Assembly (NCBI RefSeq): GCF_000007985.2
Contig: NC_002939.5
Coordinates: 210,001-242,000 of the forward strand
Direction of reading: 5' to 3'
Source: Geobacter sulfurreducens PCA
GTDB lineage: Bacteria > Desulfobacterota > Desulfuromonadia > Geobacterales > Geobacteraceae
Length of the DNA: 32,000 nt
Under the pieces are notes generated by a model, which did not search any database, was not told the DNA's origin, and saw nothing but the letters and a program-made list of their open reading frames with translations. Of this stretch, positions 17,069-26,057 are shown in pieces. Position 1 is the first letter of the stretch; the number at the start of each line of letters is the position of its first letter. The translations under genes and the position numbers were made by a program.

Positions 17069-17920
17069 ATGACGGAGGGAAGGGTGCTGCGATATCTCGT
17101 TATCCTCTGCCTGGCCCTGGTGCTGCCCCTGCACGGTGGCGCGGCCACCGACGGATCCACGCCGGTTGAAGAGCACCATCACCATGCTGCGCCGGCTGCG
17201 GCGGAGGCAGCCGGCGTGGGAGTCGACGAGCGGTTGGGGGAGAAGATTCCCCTCGACCTGACGTTCAACGACGAAGCCGGCCGGCCGGTTCGCTTGGCGG
17301 ATCTGGTTACGGGACCGACGATTATCCTTCCCGTTTACTACCGCTGCACCAATGTCTGCAATTTCCTCCAGAACGGCATGGCAGCGGTGATCCCCGAGAT
17401 ACGGCGGAAACCGGGGGAGGAGTACCGGGTGATTTCCGTCAGCTTCGACGAGACGGAGCCGCCCGATCTGGCTGCCCGTTACCGGCGGATCTATCAGGGT
17501 GCCATCACCACGCCGTTCCCTGGGGACGGCTGGCGGTTCCTGACCGGTGACGCGGCGAATATCCGGCAACTGACCGACGCGATCGGATATCGCTTCCAGC
17601 GGAAGGGGCGCGACTTCGTGCATCCGGTGGCAAGCGTGGTGATCGCCGGGGACGGCACCATCATCCGCTATCTCTACGGGACCGCCTTCCTGCCCAAGGA
17701 TGTGACCCTGGCCTTGCTGGAGGCGCGGGAGGGGAAAGTCGGCAAGACCATCCGGACGGTGGTGGGATACTGCTTTTCCTTTGATCCGAAGCAGAAAACC
17801 TATGTCTTCAACCTGCTGCGCGTGAGCGCCACGGTAGTCATCCTGACAGCCGGGGCATTTCTCGCCTTTCTGCTGACAACGGGCAGAACGGGCTCACGGC
17901 AGCGCAAGGGAGGATCATGA
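17069..17920 (+). CDS. SCO1/SenC family copper chaperone (thioredoxin fold) with C-terminal TM helix
   Basis: Signal/anchor LVILCLALVLPLHG, His run EEHHHH, CxxxC motif YYRCTNVCNF, conserved downstream His (DFVHPV). The start could also be the GTG at 17084 (GGAGGG 5 nt upstream). Confidence 0.85.
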   Translation: MTEGRVLRYLVILCLALVLPLHGGAATDGSTPVEEHHHHAAPAAAEAAGVGVDERLGEKIPLDLTFNDEAGRPVRLADLVTGPTIILPVYYRCTNVCNFLQNGMAAVIPEIRRKPGEEYRVISVSFDETEPPDLAARYRRIYQGAITTPFPGDGWRFLTGDAANIRQLTDAIGYRFQRKGRDFVHPVASVVIAGDGTIIRYLYGTAFLPKDVTLALLEAREGKVGKTIRTVVGYCFSFDPKQKTYVFNLLRVSATVVILTAGAFLAFLLTTGRTGSRQRKGGS

Positions 17921-19542
17921 ACCGGTCTGAACGGACAGGCTCCGCTGCCGGCTTCTGGAGCGATACGGAAAAGGGCGGTATCGGCGCCTGGCTTCTCTCC
18001 ACCGACCACAAACGGATCGGGCTGCTCTACTTCTGGTCGGTATTCGGCTTTTTCCTGGTGGGGGTCGTGTTGGGGCTCATCCTCCGGCTGGAGCTGATGG
18101 CGCCGGGGCGCACCATCATGGGGCCCGATGCCTACAATGCCTTTTTCACCGTACACGGCGTGGTGATGATCTTTCTCTTCATCATCCCCGGCATTCCCGG
18201 CGCCTTCGGCAACATGCTGATGCCGATCCAGATCGGGGCCCGGGACGTGGCCTTTCCCCGGTTGAATCTCCTCTCCTGGTGGCTCTATGCCACCGGCGCC
18301 GGCGTGATCCTCCTCTCCCTCGTCACAGGCGGCGGCCCGCCGGACACCGGCTGGACCTTCTACCTCCCCTTCAGCGGCCGCACGGCCACCAACGTTTCCC
18401 TTGCGGTTTTCGGGGTCTTCATTGTCGGATTCTCTTCCATCCTGACCGGGATCAATTTCGTAACCACCATCCACCGGCTCCGGGCCGAGGGGATGATCTG
18501 GGGGCGGCTTCCCCTCTTTGTCTGGTCCCTCTACGCCACGGCCTGGGTCCAGATCCTGGCCACGCCGATCCTCGGCATCACCCTGGTACTGATCATTGCC
18601 GAGCGGATCCTGGGGGTCGGCCTCTTCGATCCGAGCCGGGGGGGGGATCCCCTCATGTACCAGCATCTCTTCTGGATTTACTCCCACCCGGCGGTTTACA
18701 TCATGGTCCTGCCTGCCATGGGAGTGGTGTCGGAGATCATCCCGGTCTTTGCCCGAAAGCCCATCTTCGGCTACAAGATGATTGCCTTCTCCAGTCTTGC
18801 CATCGCAGCGGCCGGGTCGCTCGTCTGGGGACACCACATGTTCACCAGCGGCATGAGCGATACGGCGGTGCTGGTCTTCTCCTTCCTCTCCTTCATCGTG
18901 GCCATACCCTCGGCCATCAAGGTCTTCAACTGGATCTCCACCCTTTATCGGGGCTCCATCTCCCTGGATCCGCCCATGCTCTTCGCCCTCTCCTTCATCC
19001 TTCTCTTCTCCATCGGCGGGTTGACCGGCCTGATTCTCGGTGCGGCCGCCACCGACGTCCATGTGCACGACACCCACTTCGTGGTGGGGCACTTCCACTA
19101 CGTCATGTTCGGCGGCGCCGGCTTCGCCTTCTTCGCGGCCATGCACTACTGGCTGCCCAAGTTCTACGGGCGGATGTACGCCCGCCGGCCGGCGGTCATC
19201 GCCTGGGGGCTCATGTTCGTGGGGTTCAACATTCTCTATTTCACCATGAAGGTCCTCGGGATGAAGGGGATGCCGCGGCGCTACTACGATTACCTTCCCG
19301 AGTTCGCGACGCTCAACCTGGTGTCTACCATCGGCAGCTGGATCCTGGCTCTGGGGCTCGCTGTGATGCTGGTGAACCTGTTCCGGGGGCTGTGGAAGGG
19401 GGAGCCCGTGACCGAGGCGAATCCCTGGGGAGGCGCGACCCTGGAATGGACCATCCCGACCCCGCCCCCCACGGAGAACTTTGCCGAGGAGCCGGTGGTG
19501 ACCCACGGACCCTATGACTTCCGGGGAGCGGGGATACCATGA
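17917..19542 (+). CDS. coxA: cytochrome c oxidase subunit I
   Basis: 541 aa. Heme-copper oxidase motifs (WFFGHPEVY-like LFWIYSHPAVYIMVLP, HHMF, VVGHFHYV). Start overlaps the SCO stop (ATGA). Confidence 0.97.
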   Translation: MNRSERTGSAAGFWSDTEKGGIGAWLLSTDHKRIGLLYFWSVFGFFLVGVVLGLILRLELMAPGRTIMGPDAYNAFFTVHGVVMIFLFIIPGIPGAFGNMLMPIQIGARDVAFPRLNLLSWWLYATGAGVILLSLVTGGGPPDTGWTFYLPFSGRTATNVSLAVFGVFIVGFSSILTGINFVTTIHRLRAEGMIWGRLPLFVWSLYATAWVQILATPILGITLVLIIAERILGVGLFDPSRGGDPLMYQHLFWIYSHPAVYIMVLPAMGVVSEIIPVFARKPIFGYKMIAFSSLAIAAAGSLVWGHHMFTSGMSDTAVLVFSFLSFIVAIPSAIKVFNWISTLYRGSISLDPPMLFALSFILLFSIGGLTGLILGAAATDVHVHDTHFVVGHFHYVMFGGAGFAFFAAMHYWLPKFYGRMYARRPAVIAWGLMFVGFNILYFTMKVLGMKGMPRRYYDYLPEFATLNLVSTIGSWILALGLAVMLVNLFRGLWKGEPVTEANPWGGATLEWTIPTPPPTENFAEEPVVTHGPYDFRGAGIP

Positions 19543-20141
19543 GCCATGCGACCCATCGGGACTACGCCGGCGCCAAGCTCGGCATGTGGCTCTTTCTCTT
19601 CACGGAGATGCTTCTTTTCGGGGGACTCTTCATCCTCTATGCGGTCTATCTCCACCGCTACCCCGCGGAGTTCGCCGCGGCGGGGCACCGGCTCGACCTG
19701 GTTCTGGGCACGGCCAATACGGTGATCCTTCTCACCAGCAGTCTTCTGGCGGCACTGGCGGTAACGGCGGTCCAGCGGGACGAGGGGCGCGTGGCGTTCC
19801 GGGCGCTTGGGGGAACTATCCTTTGCGCCGGACTCTTCCTGGGTATCAAGTACGCTGAGTGGAGCGCCAAGATCAGTCACGGCATCTATCCCGGCTCACC
19901 GGACCTGGCGGCCGGACCGCCGGGGGAGTCGGTCTTTTTCGGTCTCTACTACCTCACCACCGGGCTCCACGGGCTCCACGTCCTGATCGGCGGGGTCCTG
20001 CTGACCGTGGTGGCGCGGCGGGTCAAGGGGGGCCGGGTTCATGCCGGCGATTATATTTGGCTCGAGAACGGGGCACTTTACTGGCACCTGGTGGACCTGG
20101 TCTGGATTTTCATCTTTCCGCTCTACTACCTCATGCTGTGA
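19539..20141 (+). CDS. coxC: cytochrome c oxidase subunit III
   Basis: 200 aa, 5 TM segments. LGMWLFLFTEMLLFGGLF and YWHLVDLVWIF motifs. ATGA overlap with subunit I. Confidence 0.93.
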   Translation: MSHATHRDYAGAKLGMWLFLFTEMLLFGGLFILYAVYLHRYPAEFAAAGHRLDLVLGTANTVILLTSSLLAALAVTAVQRDEGRVAFRALGGTILCAGLFLGIKYAEWSAKISHGIYPGSPDLAAGPPGESVFFGLYYLTTGLHGLHVLIGGVLLTVVARRVKGGRVHAGDYIWLENGALYWHLVDLVWIFIFPLYYLML

Positions 20142-20157
20142 CAGGAAGGAAAGGCGC

Positions 20158-20448
20158 ATGACGTCCGATTCCACAACCCACCGCCCCGTCGGCTACGGCA
20201 CCCTGGCCTCGGTCTGGGCAGCGCTTCTCATCCTTACCGCGGCCACGGTTTTTGTGACGAGGCTCGATCTGGGGGGATACAAGGTCGCGGCGGCCCTGAC
20301 CATAGCCTCCGTCAAGGGGGGGCTCGTGATCGCCGTGTTCATGCACATGAAATACGAGGGATGGCTCCTGCGGTGGCTCCTCTTCCTGGCCCTGGTGACC
20401 CTGGCCCTGTTCATCGGAATCACCTTCTTCGACGTGCTCTACCGCTGA
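20158..20448 (+). CDS. coxD: cytochrome c oxidase subunit IV (prokaryotic CoxD-like small membrane subunit)
   Basis: The in-frame ATG at 20158 follows GGAAGGAAAGG. 96 aa, 3 TM segments, KGGLVIAVFMHMKYE motif. Confidence 0.85.
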   Translation: MTSDSTTHRPVGYGTLASVWAALLILTAATVFVTRLDLGGYKVAAALTIASVKGGLVIAVFMHMKYEGWLLRWLLFLALVTLALFIGITFFDVLYR

Positions 20449-20457
20449 GGGACTGAC

Positions 20458-21372
20458 GTGCGCGATTTCCCTACCACCACAACCGAAGCCGTTGACCCGG
20501 TCTTCATGTTCATCCTGGGGGCCTGCATCCTCCTCCTGACCGGCATCACGGTGGTCATGGTGGCCTTTGTCATCCGCTACCACCGCTCCCGCTCCCCCGA
20601 GCCCACGTCGCAGGCGGCGACGAATCTCTGGCTGGAGATCGTCTGGACGGCCCTTCCCACGGTGCTGGTTCTGGCCATGTTCTACTACGGCTGGTCCAGC
20701 TACCTGTCGCTTCGTCATGTGCCGCCGGGGGCCATGGAAGTTACGGCCGTTGGCCGCATGTGGTCCTGGAGCTTCGAGTATCCGGGCGGCAGGACGAGCC
20801 CTCGTCTCTACGTGCCGGTGGGCAAGCCGGTGCGGGTCGATCTGGTGTCCAAAGACGTTCTGCACGGGTTCTATATTCCCGCATTCCGGGTGAAGCGGGA
20901 CGTGGTGCCGGGGATGAAGAACCATGTCTGGTTCGTGGCTCCCAAGGCAGGTTCCTATGACATCTTCTGCTCGGTTTACTGCGGTACCGGTCACTCGGCC
21001 ATGATCACTACAGTGGAGGCGATTCCCGACGCGGAGTTCCAGGCGTGGCTCAGCCATGGGGAGGAAGGGGAAAAGGAGAAAGAAGGACACGGCAGAGAAC
21101 TGCTGGAGAAGCACGGCTGCCTCGGCTGCCATTCCCTGGATGGGTCTCCCCGGCTGGGCCCCACGTTTAAGGGTATCTGGGGCCACCAGGTGACCGTGAC
21201 GGAGGATGGCGTCGAGCGGACCCTGACCGTGGACGAGGCATACCTCGTGCGTTCCATCCGTCAGCCGGCGGCCCAGGTTGTCAAGGGATTCCCGCCGGTC
21301 ATGCCGCCCTATCCGGGACTTAGCGATGAAGAGGTGGAGGAGATGGTGGAATTCATCAGGGAGCTCAAGTGA
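20458..21372 (+). CDS. coxB: cytochrome c oxidase subunit II with fused C-terminal cytochrome c domain (caa3-type)
   Basis: 304 aa, GTG start after GAGGGA. Two N-terminal TM segments. CuA motif HGFYIP ... [12 protein letters not shown]. Heme c site CLGCH. Confidence 0.93.
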   Translation: MRDFPTTTTEAVDPVFMFILGACILLLTGITVVMVAFVIRYHRSRSPEPTSQAATNLWLEIVWTALPTVLVLAMFYYGWSSYLSLRHVPPGAMEVTAVGRMWSWSFEYPGGRTSPRLYVPVGKPVRVDLVSKDVLHGFYIPAFRVKRDVVPGMKNHVWFVAPKAGSYDIFCSVYCGTGHSAMITTVEAIPDAEFQAWLSHGEEGEKEKEGHGRELLEKHGCLGCHSLDGSPRLGPTFKGIWGHQVTVTEDGVERTLTVDEAYLVRSIRQPAAQVVKGFPPVMPPYPGLSDEEVEEMVEFIRELK

Positions 21373-22181
21373 CCCGGCAGGACCTTGTTCTCTTCAGGCC
21401 CCGGCTGGCGCTGCTGAATGGCATCGCGGCGGTGGCGGGGCATGCCCTTGTCCCCGATGCCGCACATGCGACTCTCTGGGTGGCGCTGGCGGGCGTCGCG
21501 ATCCTGGCCGCGGGGGGCTCGGCCCTTAACCAGGTGCTGGAGCGGGACCTGGACCGCCTCATGGAGCGGACCAGGCAACGGCCCCTGCCCCGGGGCGATC
21601 TCTCTCCCGCCATGGCCACTGCCCTTGGCTGTGCCTGCATCGGGACGGGCCTTTTGGTGCTTGCCGCTGGCGGCCCCGTCCCCCCGCTGCTCGGTGCCGT
21701 GGCGCTCGCCTGGTACCTGGCGGTCTATACGCCGCTCAAGCGCCGCACCTCCCTGGCCCTGGCCATCGGGGCCGTGAGCGGCGCACTTCCGCCGGTGATC
21801 GGCTGGACCCTTGCCGGGGGCGCGCCCGGAGATTATCGGATCATCCTCCTGGCGGGCATCTTCTTTCTCTGGCAGGTTCCCCACTTCTGGCTGTTCCAGC
21901 GCCGTCACGCCGACGACTACCGGCGGGCGGGCATCCCGCTGTTCACCCCGGGGGCGGGGAGACTCGGGCCTTCCTTCCATGTGCGGCTCTGGCTGGGCGC
22001 GCTCGCGGCGAGTGTTCTGCTCCTCCCCGCCTTCGGCCTCATGGCTCCGCGCATGGCCCCGTGGATCGCCGCGGTGCCGCTCCTGCTCCTCCCGGTCTGC
22101 CGTCCTCGCTCCGAAGCAACGCTTTTTTCCTGCCTCAATGCATTTCCGCCCCTGATGGCCCTGGCGCTGCTCCTCCGATAA
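21369..22181 (+). CDS. ctaB: protoheme IX farnesyltransferase (heme O synthase), UbiA family
   Basis: 270 aa polytopic membrane protein, GTG start overlapping the coxB stop. [21 protein letters not shown] (UbiA Asp-rich motif) and a second motif region [10 protein letters not shown]. Confidence 0.88.
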   Translation: MTRQDLVLFRPRLALLNGIAAVAGHALVPDAAHATLWVALAGVAILAAGGSALNQVLERDLDRLMERTRQRPLPRGDLSPAMATALGCACIGTGLLVLAAGGPVPPLLGAVALAWYLAVYTPLKRRTSLALAIGAVSGALPPVIGWTLAGGAPGDYRIILLAGIFFLWQVPHFWLFQRRHADDYRRAGIPLFTPGAGRLGPSFHVRLWLGALAASVLLLPAFGLMAPRMAPWIAAVPLLLLPVCRPRSEATLFSCLNAFPPLMALALLLR

Positions 22182-22201
22182 GGGAGCAGCGCCGGTACCC
22201 G

Positions 22202-22534
22202 TCAGGCCCTGATCATCACCAGCAGCATCTTGAACCGTTCCACGGCCCTCAGAGCGTGGGGGCGATCCGCGGGCATGATGATCATCTGCCCGGCGGCGAC
22301 CCGGTGGACCTGGCCGTCGATGGTAATGTCGGCGACGCCGTCCACGATCTGGACAAAGGCATCATAGGGGGCCGTGTGCTCGCTGAGTCCCTGGCCTTCG
22401 TCAAAGGCGAACAGGGTGATGGTGCCGATCTTCTTGTCGATGAGGGTGCGGCTCACGACCGAGCCGGGTTGGTACTGGGCCAGCTCGGACATGCCGATGG
22501 CGCGTCCCGCGAGAGTTTCGTTTCCTGTGCTCAT
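22202..22534 (-). CDS. cupin domain protein
   Basis: The internal ATG at 22534 follows GGGAGGA. 110 aa. Cupin motifs GLSEHTAPYDAF ... and GQMIIMPADRPHAL. Confidence 0.85.
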   Translation of the reverse strand: MSTGNETLAGRAIGMSELAQYQPGSVVSRTLIDKKIGTITLFAFDEGQGLSEHTAPYDAFVQIVDGVADITIDGQVHRVAAGQMIIMPADRPHALRAVERFKMLLVMIRA

Positions 22535-22606
22535 GATATCCTCCCGTGCTTTGTTGTGGTATGGGTACAGTATGCCGTATCCGGGGCGAATCGCCATTGA
22601 CGGGAG

Positions 22607-22747
22607 TCAAGGAAGGCGATTGCGGTTCTTTGCCGCGACAGCGGCTCCGTGCCGGCGCCGCCGCCAGATGCCGCGCAGGGCAAAGAACCCCCCGACGGCA
22701 GTCAGGGCCCAGATGGTTGCGGTGACGATCAGTTCACTTGTGGTCAT
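22607..22747 (-). CDS. small (46 aa) single-TM membrane protein, Arg-rich C-terminus
   Basis: ATG at 22747 with AGGAGG 6 nt upstream. MTTSELIVTATIWALTAVGGFFALRGIWRRRRHG. Lies 72 nt upstream of the cupin start codon on the same strand. Confidence 0.55.
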   Translation of the reverse strand: MTTSELIVTATIWALTAVGGFFALRGIWRRRRHGAAVAAKNRNRLP

Positions 22748-22927
22748 GGCATTCCTCCTGCGGTGATGGTGCTGCCATGTCTGGTACGATAGCATCGCCG
22801 GCCCGCGATGGCCTTGATGCAGGTCAAGGGTGGGCGGTCTTCCGTGGGGGTTGCCTCGCCGGCGGTGCCGGGTGTATGCTGTGCGACGGTCTGTCGATGC
22901 ACCGCCCCCGACTCCTGAGGGGCCGGT

Positions 22928-24556
22928 ATGTTACTGGAGGTTATTCCCTTGACCCTGCCGTTGCTGCTGACCCTGCTCCCCATCGTAGTCATCCTCGTCA
23001 TGCTTCTGGTGTTCCGCAAGGCCGCCGATGTGAGCGGCATCATCGGCTGGCTCGCCATCTCGGTGGTGGCCTGGCTCGGATTCCAGACCGCGCCGGAAGT
23101 CATTCTCCGCTCTACCGCCGCCGGCTTTATCCGCTCCTTTTCCGTGTCACTCATCGTGGCCACGTCGCTTCTGCAGATGGCGCTCATGGAGAAGACCGGC
23201 GCGCTCCGGCGGATCACCATCTTCATCAGGACCATTGCCAGCGACAACCGGGCCGTGCAGATCATGATGATCAACATCGGCTTCGGGACCCTCATGGTGG
23301 CGGTGGGGGCCACGCCGGTCTCGATCCTGCCGCCGATCCTGCTGGCCATGGGCTACTCCACCTACGTGGCCATCGCCCTGCCGGCAATCGGCTACGACTC
23401 GCTCTGCACCTATGCGCTCCTGGGCGCGCCCATCGTGGTCTTCGTGGATATCGCCAACAGTTTTCTCGGCAAGGGGAACGAGATCGCCCTTCACCAGGCC
23501 GGCATGGTCTTTTACATGTTCCTTCCGGTGGTTTCCACCATGATCGGGTTCTGCATGCTCTGGATCGTGGGGAAGTGGCAGGCGATCCGGGACGGGTGGC
23601 TCCCCTGCCTCCTCACCGGCGCGGTCATCGGCGTGGTGGCCCGCTTCACCAATCAGTACGACAACCTGGTGGTGCTGACGGGCGTCCTCTGCGGCATCGC
23701 CGTCATTGCCGCCATGGCGGCCTACCTGGTTGTCACCGGCGGCAAAGTGATCGACCGCTCCCTCCTCTCCGCCGAGGAGCGGGAATTCGCCGCAGCCATG
23801 CCCCTCTGGCGGGCTTTCATGCCGTGGACCCTCCTCGTTATCCTTATTCTCGTCCTGAACGTTCCCCAGGACCTTTTCTCTTGGCTCTACCGGACCATGA
23901 AACTGCCCATCGCGGGCCTTACGGCCGACGGCAAGCCCCTGGACACGCGGGCCCTGTGGCAGGCCTACACCTGGATCCTGGTCAGCACCATCCTGGCCGT
24001 GCCGTTCCTGAAGCCCACGGGGGAGCAGCTCCGGGAAACAGTCCGGACCTGGGTCCGGCGGGCACCCCGGCCGGTGTTCGCGGCAGCCGTTTTCTTTGCC
24101 ATCGGCGAGATAATGAACATGGCGGGCTACGATATGGCGGCGGGCCGGTTCGTTGTGCCGAGCATGGTCACGGTGCTGGCCGATTCCTCGGCGCTGGCCT
24201 TCCAGGGGATGTACGGGGAGGTGGTGGCGTTCATCGGGCTTTTCGGCGGGTTCATCACCGGCAGCGAGGCATCGACCATCGCCATGTTCGCCAAGTACAC
24301 CATGACCACGGCCAAGAACCTGGACATGCCGCTGTCGGGGCTGATCATCGTCACGGCGGGGCTCGCCTTCGGCGGTGGGCTTGCCAGCGTCATCTCGCCC
24401 GCCAAGCTCCAGAACGCTGCTGCAGCCATCGACAGGATCGGCGAGGAGGGGAAGGTGATCCGCATCGCCTTTGTCTTCGCACTCCTGCTGACCCTGGTCA
24501 CCTCCCTGTTCGTGGTGGTTCTGCTCACGGTCAACGGCATGGGGAGAGTTTCGTGA
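22928..24556 (+). CDS. L-lactate/glycolate permease (LctP) family transporter
   Basis: 542 aa, many TM segments. The N-terminal third resembles LctP family proteins (LLQMALMEKTGAL..., GFGTLMVAVGATP). Confidence 0.85.
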   Translation: MLLEVIPLTLPLLLTLLPIVVILVMLLVFRKAADVSGIIGWLAISVVAWLGFQTAPEVILRSTAAGFIRSFSVSLIVATSLLQMALMEKTGALRRITIFIRTIASDNRAVQIMMINIGFGTLMVAVGATPVSILPPILLAMGYSTYVAIALPAIGYDSLCTYALLGAPIVVFVDIANSFLGKGNEIALHQAGMVFYMFLPVVSTMIGFCMLWIVGKWQAIRDGWLPCLLTGAVIGVVARFTNQYDNLVVLTGVLCGIAVIAAMAAYLVVTGGKVIDRSLLSAEEREFAAAMPLWRAFMPWTLLVILILVLNVPQDLFSWLYRTMKLPIAGLTADGKPLDTRALWQAYTWILVSTILAVPFLKPTGEQLRETVRTWVRRAPRPVFAAAVFFAIGEIMNMAGYDMAAGRFVVPSMVTVLADSSALAFQGMYGEVVAFIGLFGGFITGSEASTIAMFAKYTMTTAKNLDMPLSGLIIVTAGLAFGGGLASVISPAKLQNAAAAIDRIGEEGKVIRIAFVFALLLTLVTSLFVVVLLTVNGMGRVS

Positions 24557-24572
24557 GCCCGGAGGGGCGGGG

Positions 24573-25490
24573 ATGAGGGCGGTCGAGCTCTTCTGCGGCA
24601 TCGGCGGTTTCGCCGCCGCGGTGGAGGGGACGGGCGTCCGCGTGGTGGCGGCTATGGACCAGGACGAGGCGGCCCTTGCCACTTACCGGCTCAACTTCCC
24701 CGGCCACGGCGCGCGGAAGGTGGATCTGGAGCGGGTGAGCGCCTGGGAGCTGACCGCAGGAGGGGTAGACCTCTGGTGGCTGTCGCCTCCGTGCCAGCCT
24801 TACTGCGAACGGGGCGTCCGCCGGGATCTGGCTGATCCCCGGGCCCGGAGCCTCGTGCATATCCTCAATCTGGCCGCCAGGATGTCCGATGAGGCTCTGC
24901 CGCGCCATCTGGCCCTGGAGAACGTGGCCGGCTTTGTCGGCTCCGAAGCCCACGGCCGGCTCACGGAGGTGCTGTCGTCGCGGGGGTACCGGCTGCAGGA
25001 GCGGCTGCTCTGCCCCACGGAGCTGGGCATTCCCTCCCGTCGCCCCCGCTACTATCTGGCCGCCTCCCGGGAGTCCCTGGCACCGGCGGAGGTTCTCTCG
25101 CCACTGCCCCGGCAGCCTTTGGCCGAGTACCTTGATCTCCTGCCGGCAAACGGCCAGCCGGCCGAGCTCCTGCTCTCCCCCGCCATCGTGGAACGGTTCG
25201 GCGCGGGCTTCCGCATTCTCGACCCTGCCGATCCCGATGCCTACACCACCTGCTTCACTTCGGGCTACGGCAGGTCCCTCACGGCATCGGGGGCCTACCT
25301 GCGCTGCAGCGACGGTGTCAGGCGTTTTTCCCCCGAGGAGATCGCCCGCCTGCTGCACTTTCCACCGTCGTTCCGCTTTCCGGAAGAGGTGCCGCTGCGC
25401 AAGCGCTGGCAACTGGTGGGGAACAGTCTGTCCGTGGCCGCGGTGCGGGAGGTGCTTCGGGCGTTGCCGTTACCGGCTGAGGAGGGGTGA
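24573..25490 (+). CDS. Dnmt2-family C5-cytosine methyltransferase (probable tRNA m5C38 methyltransferase)
   Basis: 305 aa. Motif I ELFCGIGG, IV SPPCQPY, VI ENVAGF, VIII RRPRYYL, Dnmt2-specific CFT motif TCFTSGYG, IX RRFSPEEIARLLHFP, X LVGNSLSV. Very short target-recognition region. Confidence 0.85.
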   Translation: MRAVELFCGIGGFAAAVEGTGVRVVAAMDQDEAALATYRLNFPGHGARKVDLERVSAWELTAGGVDLWWLSPPCQPYCERGVRRDLADPRARSLVHILNLAARMSDEALPRHLALENVAGFVGSEAHGRLTEVLSSRGYRLQERLLCPTELGIPSRRPRYYLAASRESLAPAEVLSPLPRQPLAEYLDLLPANGQPAELLLSPAIVERFGAGFRILDPADPDAYTTCFTSGYGRSLTASGAYLRCSDGVRRFSPEEIARLLHFPPSFRFPEEVPLRKRWQLVGNSLSVAAVREVLRALPLPAEEG

Positions 25491-25505
25491 TCGGGGAGGG
25501 AAATG

Positions 25506-25534
25506 AAAAAAGGCGGCTCAAGGCCGCCTTTTTT
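25506..25534. terminator. bidirectional rho-independent terminator
   Basis: AAAAAAGGCGGC-tcaag-GCCGCCTTTTTT between convergent genes. A tract on one side and T tract on the other. Confidence 0.9.
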
Positions 25535-25553
25535 GTGGAGGAGAAGGGAGGAG

Positions 25554-26057
25554 CTAGAGGATTTCCACCAGTTGGAACTCGTAGGTGAGGTCCTCTCCCG
25601 CCAGGGGATGGTTGGCGTCGAAGGTGACGCTTTCGTCGGTCACTTCAACCACGGTTACGCCGAAGTCCTCGTCGTTCTCGTTGGAGATGACCAGTTCCTG
25701 ACCCACTTCGGGGATCAGGTCGGGGGGGAGATCGGAACGCTCGACGGTGAAGACCTTTTCCTCGTCGTACTCGCCGAAGCCTTCCGCCGCCGGGATGACC
25801 ACGGTCTTCTTCTCACCCGGGGCCATGCCGATCAGCGCCTCCTCAATCTTCTCGAAAAACTCGCCCCCCCCGATGGTCAGGGTCATGGGGCCGCTCTCCT
25901 CGCAACCGCAGCCGCAGCTGCCGTCGCCGCAGTCATCGGATTCGCAGTCGTCCGTGTCGCATCCAGCCCCTTCGAGGGTGCTGTCGAAAACCGTTCCGTC
26001 TTCCAGGGTGCCGGTGAAATCGATCGTTACCCGGTCACCTTTTTGTGCTTGTGCCAT
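25554..26057 (-). CDS. slyD: FKBP-type peptidyl-prolyl isomerase, SlyD-like, with internal Cys/Asp-rich insertion
   Basis: 167 aa. FKBP core (GDRVTIDFTGTLEDGTVFDS ... IGGGEFFEKIEEALIGM) and an IF-domain-like segment. The 24-aa insert CDTDDCESDDCGDGSCGCGCEESG is encoded at 25890-25961. Confidence 0.88.
   Translation of the reverse strand: MAQAQKGDRVTIDFTGTLEDGTVFDSTLEGAGCDTDDCESDDCGDGSCGCGCEESGPMTLTIGGGEFFEKIEEALIGMAPGEKKTVVIPAAEGFGEYDEEKVFTVERSDLPPDLIPEVGQELVISNENDEDFGVTVVEVTDESVTFDANHPLAGEDLTYEFQLVEIL

Noticed and set aside
17800-19506. 568-aa ORF on the minus strand, antisense to cytochrome oxidase subunit I. Similar long antisense or alternate-frame ORFs include 4852-6318(-), 599-1657(-), 6162-7133(-), 11791-13041(-), 20131-21186(-), 23147-24682(-), 22738-24576(+) and 29732-30703(+).
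   Set aside because: Long open antisense and off-frames are expected in GC-rich DNA. Their products are Arg/Gly/Pro/His-rich low-complexity sequences with no recognisable motifs. Some span intergenic boundaries (4852-6318 crosses two genes). In every case the opposing or overlapping frame encodes an unmistakable conserved protein.
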